From Squalus acanthias (lineage: Eukaryota), in assembly GCA_030390025.1 (NCBI GenBank), contig CM059432.1, positions 21,640,001-21,704,000 of the forward strand: a stretch of DNA of 64,000 nt, read 5' to 3'. The position numbers and the translations under genes were made by a program. Below are positions 11,531 through 23,806 of the stretch, in pieces. How positions within the stretch are numbered: the stretch's first letter is position 1; each line of letters begins with the position of its first letter. A model generated the notes under the pieces. It did not search any database, was not told the origin of the DNA, and saw nothing but the letters and a program-made list of their open reading frames with translations.

Positions 11531-13319
11531 CATACCAACTAACAATACACAAAGGTAGGCACTTGGGTGATTTCTGCAATGTTCATGTAAATTTTCTGCT
11601 AATGTGTTGTCAAACATTGAATTCCTTATTTTCAACACTTTGCCTTATTGTACAGATCTGTGCTCACCTTTGGAAGTGGCTTAGTGAGTTGCAGTAAATG
11701 GTGAGACATAATGCTATCCCCCGCAATGGTGATGAGTGTGAAAGGAATGGCTTGGTCATTGTAGGAATGCTTTATGGTGATGGTGTGGGGTCGAGTTAAC
11801 CTGGTGCGTCATATGGCAGCCAGGGTGTACAGCGTCAAGTGAAGTAAATCTGGCCATGGTGATGCCATCGCTAGCCTCCCGGGCAGCAATGTTGTCGGGT
11901 GCTGATGACCTGTGTCCTGTGCAACATCAGGTGATTGCGGAGAAGGTTGGTATTGTTGTTGGTGATGTTGGTGTGCCTGGTGATGTTGGTGTTGGGGCTG
12001 ATCATGAAGGGATTCAGAGGACCAAGGTGAATTTTTTTCTGGAATGTTGCTGGAATAGATGGCAGCTGAAGTTGAGATGACAGAAGCGATCTGTCAATAG
12101 TGAGAGATCGTGCTCTAAGGAGGTGACAGTGGATAGAAAGTTTACTCCAAACACTTCCAAACTTCATACAGCTCAAAAGTTTCTTTCACGTCATGAAGGC
12201 TGAAGCTTCTGACATTGGAAAGTGACCAGCTGTGAAATGGTAGCTTTCATACCACTTTTGCAGCTGTCACCTATTCACAGCAATGGGGAGACATAGAGAA
12301 CCCGACCTACTTACCTGACGTGATCTTTGAATGGCGTGAACCCCATAAAAAATGTGGTAAAATAGAAAAAGGCTGGCAAAATACTAGTAAACAAGCGCTT
12401 AACAAGCAGTTAAGTATCTTAAATGTCTCACCCGCCGCTTGGTGTTGGGTCTGTTCTGAAATCGCAGACCCGACACTCTGGAAATTTACATGGAGGCGTG
12501 TTCACAGTGGGTTCCCAAACTGCTGTCAATCATTTCGATTTTGACAGCGGACGCACCTCCAAACCTGCACTCTGAGCGCCGGCAAAATTCTGCCCAAAGT
12601 ATTTGTTTAATGTCTCTGCCATTTCCTTATTCCCTGTTGTAATTTCTCCTGTCTCAGCCTGTAAGGGACCCACATTTACTTTTGCTAATCTTTTCCTTTT
12701 TACATACCTATAGAAGCTTTTACAGTCTGTTTTTATGTCTCTCGCTAGTTTACTCTCATATTCTATTTTCCCTTTCTTTATCAATTTCTTGCTTCTCATT
12801 TGCTGAATTCTAAAATCCTCCCAATCCTCAGGCTTACTACTCTTTTTGGCAACATTATAAACCTCTTCCTTTGACCTAATAATATCTCTAACTTCTATTG
12901 TTAGCCACAGTTGGACCACTTTTCCTGTGGGGCTTTTGTGCCTTAAAGGAGTGTATATTTGTTGTAAATTATGTCTTAATTCTTTAAATGCTTGCCATAG
13001 CTTGTCTACCATCATACCTTTTAATGTAGTTTTCCAATCTACCTTAGCCAACTTGCCCCTCATACCTACGTAGTTTGCTTTGTTTAGATTTGAGACCCTA
13101 GTTTCAGATTTAACTAAATCACTTTCAAACTCAATATAAAATTCTATCATATTATGGTCACTCTTCCCTAAAGGCCCCTTTACTACAAGGTTATTAATTA
13201 ACCCTTTCTCGTTGCACAATACTAGATTTAAAATAGCCTGTTCCCTAGTTGGTTCCTCAACATACTGATCCTTGGGCGGGAGGTCAGGAGATTGTGATCT
13301 CCTGCATGAGACTTCTGCT

Positions 13320-13650
13320 GAATGGAGTACCTTTGATAGGTCTATTATTTTGTTATTATCTAATCCCCGCTGAATTTTCTGTTCCTCTGACTCTGCCCCC
13401 TGCTCCTTTCAGCCTGCCTTCAGCCAGATAGGCCTCACACTCTGGAATTCCCTCCCTAAACCCCTCTGCCTCTTCACCACGCTCTCCTTTTTAAGGCCCT
13501 CCTTAAACCCCAACTCTTTGACTAATCCTTTGGTCATCACTCCTAATGTCTCCTTCTTTGCCTCTGCATCCATTGTTTCTCTGATTAAACTTCTGTGAAA
13601 TGTCTTGGGGTGTTTTTTCTTTATTAAATATATAAATACAAGTTGTTGTG
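13320..13650 (+). mobile_element. L2-clade LINE 3' end
   Basis: CTCTGGAATTCCCTCCCT (LWNSLP) ... TGTGAAATGTCTTGGG...TATATAAATACAAGTTGTTG tail. Confidence 0.7.
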
Positions 13651-13670
13651 CTGGTAAATAGTGAAGCATT

Positions 13671-14340
13671 GGCCCTGATATTGACGAGGAGGCGGTGGGG
13701 GGGGGGCGAGTGTGAGGAGTTCAGGACGGGAATCCCAGAAGTATGGGTTTCCCGACGTCCTGCTGAAATTAACAGCACGACGTGTTTTAAAGTTTTTCAC
13801 TAGGTTACCCGCCCGACAGCCAGCCTGATTGACAGGCTGCCTGCCTGGGGGGAGATCGAGGTCAGGGGGAGATCGAAGTCGGGGGGGTGGAGATCGAGAT
13901 CAGGGAAAAGATCGACGTTGGGAGGAGATTGAGGTTGGGGTGAGGTCAAGGTCAGGGGGTGATCACGGTGATCATGGGGTGGGGAAAGAGGTTTGCTTGT
14001 TGGGCCTGGAGGAAACACTCCTGTTCCTCCTGGCCCACAAACAGTGCTGTAAATACACTCACCTTATGGATCCAGCCCTTCTCGCCTTCTTTTACCTGCT
14101 GGGATTCCCAAGCCCAGGGAAATCCAGCTAAAATGGGTTAAAAAAAATTTGAAAATGGAAAAATGGAGGCAAACAGCTTCCTTAAAAGATTTTAGTGACC
14201 GATCCGCCTCTTGAGAGTGGATTGATTGCCCGCCTCCCTTAAAACCGAGGTGGACGGGTTGGGTCACATTTGAAATTTTTAAAATTTTTACTTCCCACCT
14301 AACCCAACCCCACTCGTTCTTGGGGGTTAAAATTCCCCCC
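13671..14340. mobile_element. PIF/Harbinger-type MITE
   Basis: ATT on both flanks. Termini GGCCCTGATATT / AAAATTCCCCCC resemble those of the Myb-bearing elements. Confidence 0.7.
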
Positions 14341-15098
14341 ATTTTTCCTGTTGGTTAGTGAACCAAGATTGGTAACAAGTGAGCATAAACTCTGAATGGC
14401 CACCAGAATAAATTAGAGGGAAGTTAGAAGAATGAATGAATTTGATGAAAATGGACATAGATAGGAGTTGATGTATTAAAAGGTGGTGGGCTTGTTCAGA
14501 GCAATGGTCTTTTCCTGTTCATAAGAATTGATATCTTCTTACCTTATAACAGCCTTTTACAAGCCATCTGATTGACATTATGCATTTGCTTGTGTCGCAA
14601 GACATTTGCAACAGGCACTCCCAAAGCATGTCAAATAGAGTTGCTGGAAAATTAGCAGATTTTCCTTTCATTGCACTTGGGCATATTGGGGGGAATTTTT
14701 CGGGGGGTCAGCGGGCGCGTTTGGTGGTGGGTCGGGTGGGAAAAAAATGTTTTTGACAGTGGGCCGGGAACCCGCTGTCAACCTGCCGCCACCCAACTTT
14801 CCCAAATGTCGGGTCTGTCAACGCTGAACAGACCTGAAACGCAGCAGTGGGGGAGGTAATTGAGACAATTATTGGCTTGTATAGAGGCCCTTAACAGTGA
14901 TATTTTACTCATTTTTTAACTTTACCAGGTCGCCCACGGATTTCACGCTGCTCCTGGATCCCGTCTGTTCATCTGAGGCGCAGGTTGAGTGGCCATTGCA
15001 GCAGATGATTGGTGACAGCATTAAAACTTGTTACAATTTACACCTACAAGCTTTCCAAACCCAGAGACTCTTTGGTTTCTCCCCTTGGAAGACAGATT

Positions 15099-15861
15099 GG
15101 GCCGGATATTCCGATCCCTACGGGTGCATACGCGCTGTGCACACACCCGTAGGGACATCGGAAATGCCGGTTTCAGGGATACACAGCGCATGCGCTGAAA
15201 ACCGGCATTTCCGATCTGTCAATAATGCTCTTGACAGATTGGACGCCTGCCCTGGAGAAGGGCCTCTGCGGGTGGATATTTCCGCTTTCTGGAGACCCTC
15301 CGCCCACAGAAAACTCTTAGAATTCTTACACCTGATAAAAGCAGGCGTAAGGCCTGCTTTTACCAGGATAAGAGTTGAAAAAAAGTTTTTAAAAAATAAT
15401 TTTTTTCACTCATTTATCATTTAAAAATACTTTAAAAAAGGTAAGTTTATTTTTAGCCCCGTAAAAAACTTTAATTATTTTTTTCAAAAAATTAAATTTT
15501 TGTTTAAAATATTTAATTTATTGTAATTTCAACTAATTTTAACAATGTGATTTAAAAAAAAGAATGATTTAATGTTTTAAAGTGTTTTTGGGGTGATCTC
15601 CATTCATATATTTGACAGGTCTATCTGTCAAGTGTATGAAGGGAGATTCCCTTCTTTGATTGGCTCCCCATGGCCCACGTGATCCCAGGGATGCTTGCGA
15701 ACCACATGTGCCCCTGGGATACGTGGGCCCTGTGCACTTGGAGTTGGAGAGGCCCAGCATCGGAACTATACGCACCTCGGGAGCCCTCAGGTAAGTGCGT
15801 AGATTTTTTCCAGATCGGAGGCTTCCGCACGCGGGAAGCCTCTGATCGGAAAATACGGCCC
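15099..15861. mobile_element. PIF/Harbinger-type MITE nested in Harbinger copy 2
   Basis: 18-bp TIR GGGCCGGATATTCCGATC versus GGGCCGTATTTTCCGATC (16/18) and TSD ATT. GC-rich arms with an AT-rich centre. Confidence 0.9.
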
Positions 15862-16711
15862 ATTGTGCTTTATGCAGGCGGCAAGTCTTTGCAGCAAACT
15901 CTCCAGCCAGGCTCATCTCATTGCAGCAATCTCTCTCACCTTTGACAGAGTGCTTCTGTCATCTCACCTTCAACTGGTATCTACTCCATCAGGATGGGAA
16001 CCATTTACACTCTGTCATCTTGGCCCTCAGAATCTGACCACGATGAACCCCAACAACAGTATCACCAGGCACACCAGCAGCACCAACAACAACACCAACC
16101 TTCTCTGCAATTAACTGATGCGGCACAGGACAGAGGGCATCAGCACCCGACCACATTGCTGTCGGGAGGCCAGGGATGGCCTCACCATGGCCAGATTTAC
16201 TTCACTTGAAACTGTACACCCTGACTGCCACATGATGTGCCAGGTTGGCACCACCCCACACCAACACCATAAAGCATCTCTACAATGCCCAAGCCATTCC
16301 TTTCACACTCATCACCATTGCGGGGGAGTACCGTTATGTCTCACCATTCACTGCAACTCACTAAGCCACTTCCAAAGGTGCACACAGATCTGTCCAAGAA
16401 CGCAAGGTGGTGAAAATAAAGGTTTCAATGTTTGACACCACATTAACAGAAACTTTACATGAACATTGCATAAAACACCCAAGTGCCTACTCTTGTGTGT
16501 TGTTAGTTGGTATGATTGCACTAGGATGAGGGTGAGTGTGAGAGCTGGCTAGTGAGATGGGGAATTGATAATGTAGATAGAGAGGGATGGGTGGAGGTGC
16601 AAGGTCAGTTGGTGTGAGTAAGGATGTGCAGGAGTAGGGTAGGGAAGGCAGAGTGATGGGGATGTGATGAGTGGCACAGCAGGATGAGGTTGAATGTGGC
16701 TTTGTACTAAC

Positions 16712-16957
16712 GTTTTGTGATCTACTGAGATCATTGAAACGTTTGTGGCACTGCACCCAGGTCCTCCTGACGACATCCCTGCTTGTGCCCTCCTCTGCAA
16801 TGTGCAACCAGGCTGTGTTGATCTCCTGGGGAGGTCTCTTCTGCCCATTGGAAAGGAAGAGAACCTCCCTGCGTGCTGTGACTCCCTCCATAAGCATATG
16901 GAGGGAGTCATGGGAAAGCCTGGGTGCAGCCCTGCACCTCTGTGCAGTGCTTGTCAG
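16712..16957 (-). pseudogene. Myb/SANT-like DNA-binding domain exon of Harbinger (open frame, no ATG at the expected start)
   Basis: RAAPRLSHDSLHMLMEGVTARREVLF...AWLHIAEE...RRTWVQCHKRFNDL followed by GTTAGT. Matches the Harbinger/MSANTD Myb_DNA-bind_5 pattern. Confidence 0.8.
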
Positions 16958-18029
16958 TGTTTGCAGCACCTCAATGCTGTAGAAAACTGACAGCACAACT
17001 GTCAAAATCAATTTGCGCATGGTCCCTTTAAGGAAACCGGCTGATGACGTGTCATCAAATGACATCATCAGACCCGCTTCCTTTAATTGGCCGGCAAATG
17101 CGCTGAGCGGGCTTAACAAGCTCAATCACGGTAAAATCATTTCACAGAGCGTGCTGGAGCCAGCAGCGGGGTCGGGACCCGCCACCGATGTCACCCTCAC
17201 CAGACCCGCCAAGGTAAGGAAAATCACGGCCAAAGGATCACCTAGGAGCACCACAGAGAGGAAAATCATACAGGGACATTGCAAGGGAGTAATGGTGCCT
17301 GCCCAGGTTTCATCCACTCAAACTAATGCTCACACATTGACATTACATTGGCAGTCTCACTAGGAAAAGCCACGAGGAACAATGATATAAAAAATGGAAA
17401 TAATGCAAGTACGGGTAATAGAAACTGTTACAATCTCTAGCATTGAGATTCCTCACTTCAGTAAACCAAAAATAAATAAAGCTAATTAACACTTGGCACT
17501 CTCACACACCTCCAAGTGGAGTAGGAATCAAACATGGGACTATCTGCTCTGTCTTCAAACATTAGAGGATCTACAACTTACCTTTCACAGCATTTTATTT
17601 TCAAATCTCTGAATGATCATCCTAAATAACAGGACAATTGCAGCCATTGGCTCATGCCCATGTGCATGTTCAGGTCACTACAGCACATGAAAATTATACG
17701 TAACCAGATAGAAATACTAGACGCCTCACCGCAAGTAAATTGTTAATACGAGAATATTGGGCCCTCTTCCAGCTTTTTTAGCTTCTCCATGGAACATCCA
17801 TTGGAGGATTAAAAACAAAATAACTGTGAAATTGAAATGCAATTTTTGATTTTAATAGCTGCCATATATTAATAGAAAGGCACACACGTTTAATTTAACA
17901 GATGACCAAGAGAGTGGTCCAGGGAGAGCTACAAATAGCGGAGAGGAATTTTAAAAACACAGCTCGCAATTGGGGAGACTTAAAGAGAAAATCAAAGCTA
18001 TTTCTCAATTAAAATCAAGACCTGTGCTC

Positions 18030-18420
18030 CTGCAGTGTCTCTGCTGGTAAAGTCACTGAGCCACACAGAGCAGAAGGCCCGAGGATTGATTCCCTACCCC
18101 AACACTGAGTTAGCTGCTCTCAGTCCAAGTTGTGACTGGAATGACACCATTGGCCTCAGTGTCCCTGGGCTGAGGTGGTGAGGAAATGAGCCAGGGTTAT
18201 CTCTCTTGGTCGCCATCCAGTTACCCTGCTGGAACATGGGTGTGTGTGTGAGGATATTGGAGGAGGACAGGATTGGATACGGGTCTGATGCTCTCCATGG
18301 TCGAATAGCCGGCTACAGTCTAGGCTCACACAAGAAGAATCACCAATTTGGGTTGGGAACTAATACCTACAGATCCATAACCGAGCAGGACTCAGTGTTT
18401 TCAGGAGAGGCAGGGAGGGA
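18030..18420 (+). mobile_element. Old unnamed SINE-like repeat family
   Basis: CTGAGTTAGCTG...TTGGCCTCAGTGTCCCTGGG...GAATAGCC...GGCTCACAC. Diverged relatives at ~38340-38680 (+), ~45545-45850 (-) and ~48640-48960 (-). Confidence 0.55.
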
Positions 18421-18587
18421 ATCAGACAGAAACAATATATAGACTTCCTCTCCGGGGTAAACTGACCCCAGAAGGCAAGATGGAAGAGTTCCACTGGGTT
18501 TTTGGATCTTCCTATACTTTTTTTTGTTCCAATCCAGGAACAATAACTTTTTAAAGTTTGTTATTGAACAAACTAGAATTGAATTTA

Positions 18588-18729
18588 AGGCAAAATACTG
18601 CGGATGCTGGAAATCTGAAATAAAAACTGAAAATGCTGGAAACACTCAGCAGGTTAGGCAGCATCTGTGGACAGAGGAGCAGAGGGTTCAGGTCGATGAC
18701 CTTTCATCAGAACTGTTTTGAGGAACGCC
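18588..18729 (-). mobile_element. Penelope-like element terminal-repeat fragment (family B) with a decayed hammerhead core
   Basis: 12-bp TSD GAATTGAATTTA. Minus strand reads CTGATGA-AAGGTCATCGACCT-GAA. Homologous to 21886-21970. Confidence 0.7.
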
Positions 18730-20404
18730 GAATTGAATTTAGCTGTGATCTGATGGAGAAGCTCAATTTTTTTAACGATGACACCGCAAGGGATACCATT
18801 GCTGTACCAGCACTTGGCATAAAGTAAATGCAATCAACAAACAGTATTCCAAAGATGAATTGGATCATGTGGTAAATGCCAGTTTGAAGGCCTTTGAGGT
18901 GGCATTGTCAAAACACAACAAGGAAGCCGTTTTGACATCTAAGTATATACAGTGCGACTGCAGCCTTGTTTAAACTACTTTTATTCCCTCATCTTCTGAA
19001 ATAAAATCTGTTGCAGACACCTCAAAGGCTGACATTTTCTGCAAATTGAAATCACTAAACAGAAATAAAACATATAGATGAAGTCAAAGTGACATCAGCG
19101 GATCAAAGCAGCAGGAACAGCTGTGTCGCTGTGCTGATCAGTCCATTGCTGGGGGTTAATATAAAACAAATTCCACCAAAGGAAACCATTCAGCCTGCTT
19201 ATTCTGGATGTTTCTTTTCACCAGGAAGCTACTTCAGCCGTATTTATAATTAGCTTTGAGCAGCTGCAGCAGAAATTTGGCACAACATGTTGTTGTCGGT
19301 GCTTTCCTGTACATTCTCTCTCCCTGCTCCTGAACTACCCTCATCCTTCCTTCAGCTGGTAGGGTGACTGAAAGGGCTCCAGAGTGCTCCTTGAATTCCC
19401 ACACCCGTAACACTCTGTTGCCTAGCAGTGAATGGACATGTATCCATGGGGCACGTCACACACAGTGTCAGTTTCCTCCTGAAGATGAATGTGACTCAGG
19501 AACCATGCTGAGAACGAATGTGACTCACCACATAATGAACCGGCGAGGGTTAAGTTGTCATCTTAATTATTAATGTCAATCAATGCCATACCAGAATGCC
19601 AGTGCACATTGACCAGGACCTTTTCATTCAGTCGTTATGTAATCAAGAGCCTGGCTCAAAGGTCTTTCTACTACTCATCGGTGCCATCTCATCTTTGATC
19701 GAGCTCATCAGTTTTAAAACAAATGGGACTAATTAAATTGCACATCATTCGGCACTGAACTGGCACTCAAGATGTCAATGATCTTAATCACCATTCTACC
19801 CCGACCTTTCAAGAGCACTATGGCCTCGATTTTAACGTCCCCGGCGGACAGGAAAAAGTTGGGTGAGGGGTTTTGTGGGACTTTGAGGGACTTTGTGGGG
19901 TGAGATTAATAGAATACTTCACTTCGCTTTCACATGGCTAGCTTCATTTGATGCTATCGATTTTGTTTGTCTCTGCTGAGACCTTCCTGTTTATACTGGG
20001 GTCTTAGTGCTAGTTTAAGTGGACTTTTTGTAACCTAGCTGGATATATATCTTTGTGTTCAATAGACAAAAAAAATGAGTGATCCTAAACTGTACTGTAG
20101 CCTTAAATCTAACTTGGGCTTCTGTCTAGTGAGGTTCAGCCCTGGGCTCGCTGGATTACTGAATTTCCCATAATATCTTTTCTCTAATCACTGACCTCTC
20201 ATGATTAACTAGTTTTTTTTTCCTTTTCATGGTGCACTATTTTGCGTTGTCTTTTAATTGTTGTATTCTCTTCGTATTGATGCTGTTGCTTTGTTACAAT
20301 TGTAAATATTCTAAAAATGAACAGACTACGATAAGTAAATTTCTTTTATCTAATTGATTGATTAAGCAATACCTATGAGCATGCCTACTCTACCTAGAAA
20401 TGGA

Positions 20405-21726
20405 GGAGTTGATTTTAACCCCCCTCGCCCCACAAGAATGGTGTGTCGGAGGGGTTAAAATCATCCGAGACTGCACTTTTCCCACCTGGTGACAGGCTGG
20501 CAGGGGTCTAATTAAATCTTAACGTCACTACCCAAAGATGTCATCAGCACCACAACAGCATTTTAAGTTCTGCAGTTGAAAGACCATACCGGCCAACGGC
20601 AACATCACAACCATGGCGGAAGTCGACGGAGTGGCCAGAAGAGGCCAAGGTAAGTTTTATTTTTTTTAATATACTGAATCCTTGTGGGCCAGGAGGAGCA
20701 GGAGTTCTCCCTCGGGCCTTGCAAGGATACCTTGGGCCTCCCCTGCCCTGGGCCTCTCCCCACCCACCCCCCAACTACGATCGTTCCCAATCCCCCTCCT
20801 TTCTCACTTTCCTACATTGCAGCAGTGACTACACGTCAAAAGTACCTCTTGTGCTGTTGCACTGGTAGCCTGGACTTGTCTCCTTTCTGCCCCATGTGCA
20901 GCTTCCAAAGGGGCTGGTGGGAGGACACACATGTGTAGTTATCCTTAGAGTCATATGAGTGCACTCCTACCATGCCACTAGTATTAGGCACAGTCTCTTC
21001 ATGGCCATTGACCTGCAGGAAAGCAGACTTAATGGTACCAATATAGTGTCAGCCGTGGCTCAGTGGGTAGCACTCTTTCTTCTGAGTCAGAAGGTTGTGG
21101 GGTCGAGTCCCACTCCAGGGACTTGAACACAAAATCTAGGCTGACTCTACGCTGCAGTACCGAGGGAGTGCTGCACTGTTGGAGGTGCTGTCTTTCAGAT
21201 GCGACGTTAAACCAAGGTCCCATTTGCTCTCTCAGATGGATGTAAAAGATCCCATGGCACTATTTCAAAGAAGAGCAGGGGAGTTCTACCCAGTGTCCTG
21301 GCCAATATTTACCCCTCAAATAGCATCACTAAAACAGATTACCTGATCATTAACACATTGCTGTTTGTGGGAGCTTGCTGTGTGCAACTGGCTACCGCAT
21401 TTCCTACATTACAACAGCGACTACACTTTAAAAGTACTTCATTGGCTGTAAAGGGCTTTGGGATGTCCTGAAAGGTGATATATCAATGCAAGTCTTTCAG
21501 TCATTCTTTTTTACCTTTCTGGGGGCCCGTTTCCATGGGAACCTGGCGGCGGCAACTTTTCACTCTTGCCCGCTGGCATTGACATCATTCGCAACGGCTT
21601 CAGGCTGGAGTAAATTTTGAGGTATTCAAATGAGGCCCGAGAGCTAACATCTTCTGGGCCTCACACTCCAGGTGGCTTGATGGAACACCGTCCACTTCGG
21701 CACCCGCACTCTGATAATTGACCCCT
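20405..21726. mobile_element. Fragmented Harbinger-type MITE hosting a composite SINE insertion
   Basis: Termini GGAGTTGATTTT / ATAATTGACCCC. Internal GGGCCAGGAGGAGCAGGAGT motif shared with 13671 and 62838. Confidence 0.5.
21046..21498 (+). mobile_element. Full-length SacSINE1-like DeuSINE
   Basis: tRNA-like head (TGGCTCAGTGGG, GGTCGAGTCC), Deu-like core GATGTAAAAGATCCCATGGCACTATTTC...GTCCTGGCCAA and an L2-type tail. Confidence 0.85.
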
Positions 21727-21784
21727 GATAGTCTGGCACAGTAGTCTTCACGCTGTTTCGTATAGTAGACTCACAGCAAGCACC

Positions 21785-22215
21785 AGCACACTTTTGGGGA
21801 TTAACTGCAAACACCGACACTCCTGAGAACTCACTGCAAACAGTGTTACACTCCTGGGATCCACTACGAATAGTGACACATTTTGTTCTGATGAAAGGCC
21901 GTTAACTCTGTTTCTCTCTCCACAGATGCTGCCTGACCTGCTGAGTGTTTGCCAGCATTTTCTGTTTTTATGACACATTTTGAGAATTCTCTGCAAACAC
22001 TGACACTCCTGAGAACTCACTGCAAACAGAGTCACACTCCTGGGATCCACTACAAGCAGTCACACATTCTGGGAATTCTTTACAAACAGTGACACATTCT
22101 GGAAATTCTTTACAAACAGTGACACATTCCTGGGGATCCATTGGAAATATTAACATAAATGCAAATATCGATACTTTCCGGGGCCACACAAGAAATATTG
22201 ACACACTTCTGAGGA
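21785..22215. repeat. Degenerate ~30-bp minisatellite (GACACATTCTGGGAATTCTTTACAAACAGT-like)
   Basis: About ten head-to-tail diverged units with no unique spacers. Confidence 0.8.
21886..21970 (+). mobile_element. Penelope-like terminal-repeat fragment (family B) inside the minisatellite
   Basis: 12-bp TSD TGACACATTTTG. TTCTGATGAAAGG...GTTAACTCTGTTTCTCTCTCCACAGATGCTGCCTGACCTGCTGAG. Confidence 0.72.
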
Positions 22216-22588
22216 GACTCCAGTTTAACTTCCAATGGTATCTAAAGGGATTCTCGGCTACTCTCAGCTAAAGCACTAGAACGTTTTGGGAGACATTTTG
22301 CTTGTATTAGTGCTCTTTTGCTACATAGATGATTTTAAAGTGCTTGTAACGGCTGTACATTGTTTTGAACTCTGAAGAGGCTTCTGGCAATGATTTTTTC
22401 TTTATTGGGATCCTTCTGGGGGCATTTCTGCTTTGGCTACAGGAGGAGGAGCAGCATTGGGGGAAAGAGCAAATAGATCTGCAGCTGGAAGCAGAGAAAA
22501 TAGAAGGAGGCAGGCTCGCAGGAATCCTTAAATTCCCAACAAAGTGTATAGGCCCAAGACATCATTGGCTCTATCCATGTTACCCTAT

Positions 22589-23246
22589 GCATTCCTTCAC
22601 ATGACTCCACTGCCTTCATGAATCACAAGGCTACTCCATTAATGTGCAACAGGGGTGTGATCACCAACAGCGTATCATGCATAGTGGCTAGCACTGGTGC
22701 CTCACAGCGCCAGGGACCCGGGTTCGAATCTGGCCTCGGGTGACTGTCTGTGTGGAGTTTGCACATTCTCCCCGTGTCTGCGTGGGTTTCCTCCGGGTGC
22801 TCCGGTTTCCTCCCACAGTCCAAAATTGTGCGGGTTAGGTTGATTTGGCTATGATAAATTGACCCTTAGTGTTAGGGGGGGATTAAATATGTGGGGTTAC
22901 AGGGATAGGATGGGATATGTTAGGGGGAATTAAATACGTGGGGTTATGGGGATAGGGTGGGATATGTGTCGGTGCAGGCTCGATGGGGATTCTGTGTGGG
23001 AGGGCAGGGACAGGGTGCTGGATTTGGATGATCAGCCATGATCGTATTGAATGGTGGAGCAGGCTCGAATGGCCTACTCCTGCTCCTAGTTTCTATGTTT
23101 CTATGCAGGTCTGTGCCCACTTTCTTGGCAGCTGCCATGATGCTTTTATCGTGTGCCAATCTAATATTTTCCCTCTCTTTGCCCCCACACAGAAACCGAG
23201 AGGCCGGCTGCTTGGGGACAAGGGCTATCCCCTGCACACATAGGCT
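22589..23246 (+). pseudogene. Harbinger (HARBI1-like, DDE_Tnp_4) transposase core fragment split by a SINE
   Basis: After removing the SINE it reads FMNHK/YSINVQQGCDHQQRIMQVCAHFLGSCHDAFIV...GRLLGDKGYPL. An N-terminal RRRQARR..KVYRP remnant lies at ~22500-22560. Confidence 0.85.
22680..23103 (+). mobile_element. HE1-like V-SINE
   Basis: Nearly identical to the reverse complement of 1817-2254. ATGCA on both flanks. Confidence 0.9.
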
Positions 23247-23391
23247 GTGAAGGATTTTGAAGATGTGTGAGGCAGCTTAGTATAGTGTGCAGGCTGAGAG
23301 GAATGGTAGCAAGTGTGGCCAAGAGGGGCAAGTAGTTGTGTGGGCAGTGGCGAGTGTTTAGTGTGTGAGCGCAAGCAGAAGACGGCGTAAT

Positions 23392-23690
23392 GAACATAAG
23401 AACATAAGAAATAGGAGCAGGAATAGGCCACTTGGCCCCTCGAACCTGCTCCTCCATTCAATAAGATAATGGCTGATCTTGGGCTCAAAGCCACTTCTCT
23501 GCCCACTCCCCATAACCCTTCACTCCCTTATCTTGCAAAAATCTGTCTATCTCCACCTTAAATGTATTTAATGACCCATCCTCCTCATCTCAGTTCTAAA
23601 AGGGCGACCCTTTATTCTGAAACTATGCCCCCAAGTTCTAGATTTCCCCACGAGGGGAAACATCCTCTCTGCATCTACCTCATCTGCATG
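23392..23690 (-). mobile_element. CR1 3' fragment
   Basis: (CATAAGAA)n tail and 3' UTR hairpin as in CR1 B. Confidence 0.85.
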
Positions 23691-23806
23691 AAGTGACCAA
23701 TTGTGATTGGAGGAGCAGCATGGGAGGTGAGGCATAGAAATTTTGGGGCTGGGGCTAATGTAGGGTGTTGTAGAGAGAGTAAGAGATATATATAGGGGAG
23801 TCCTAC

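Larger units (their letters stand above)
9905..12595 (+). mobile_element. Non-autonomous PIF/Harbinger derivative, copy 1 (~1.8 kb net) with Myb/SANT exon
   Basis: Imperfect TIRs GGCCATGATTTCGCC / GGCAAAATTCTGCCC. Interrupts CR1 A. Colinear in reverse with 14688-17231. Confidence 0.8.
7029..13268 (-). mobile_element. CR1 LINE 'A' in three pieces (7029-8529, 9850-9904, 12596-13268), host of nested insertions
   Basis: The pieces translate colinearly: LGKSDHNMIEF ... EMAETLNKYF | FTEEDAKNFPEIVENQGS | SKNEEL ... KFPGPDGLHPRVLKE ... KFADDT ... RPHLEYCVQFW. Frameshifted. Tail (CATAAGAA)n. Confidence 0.9.
14688..17231 (-). mobile_element. Non-autonomous PIF/Harbinger derivative, copy 2 (~1.8 kb net) with Myb/SANT exon
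   Basis: Reverse-complement homology to 9905-12595 from end to end. Termini GGGGGGAATTTT / AAAATCACGGCC. No clear TSD. Confidence 0.8.

Noticed and set aside
16487..17125. 212-aa ORF as a host MSANTD/NAIF1 gene
   Set aside because: It lies within a repeated TIR element, and only the central ~82 codons are domain-like.
18690..18715. Active hammerheads in family B fragments (also 21886)
   Set aside because: One lacks the full GAAA and stem III, and the other lacks stem II and GAAA.
21785..22215. CRISPR-like periodic array
   Set aside because: Units are contiguous and degenerate, with no unique spacers and no cas genes, in a eukaryotic context. It is a minisatellite.
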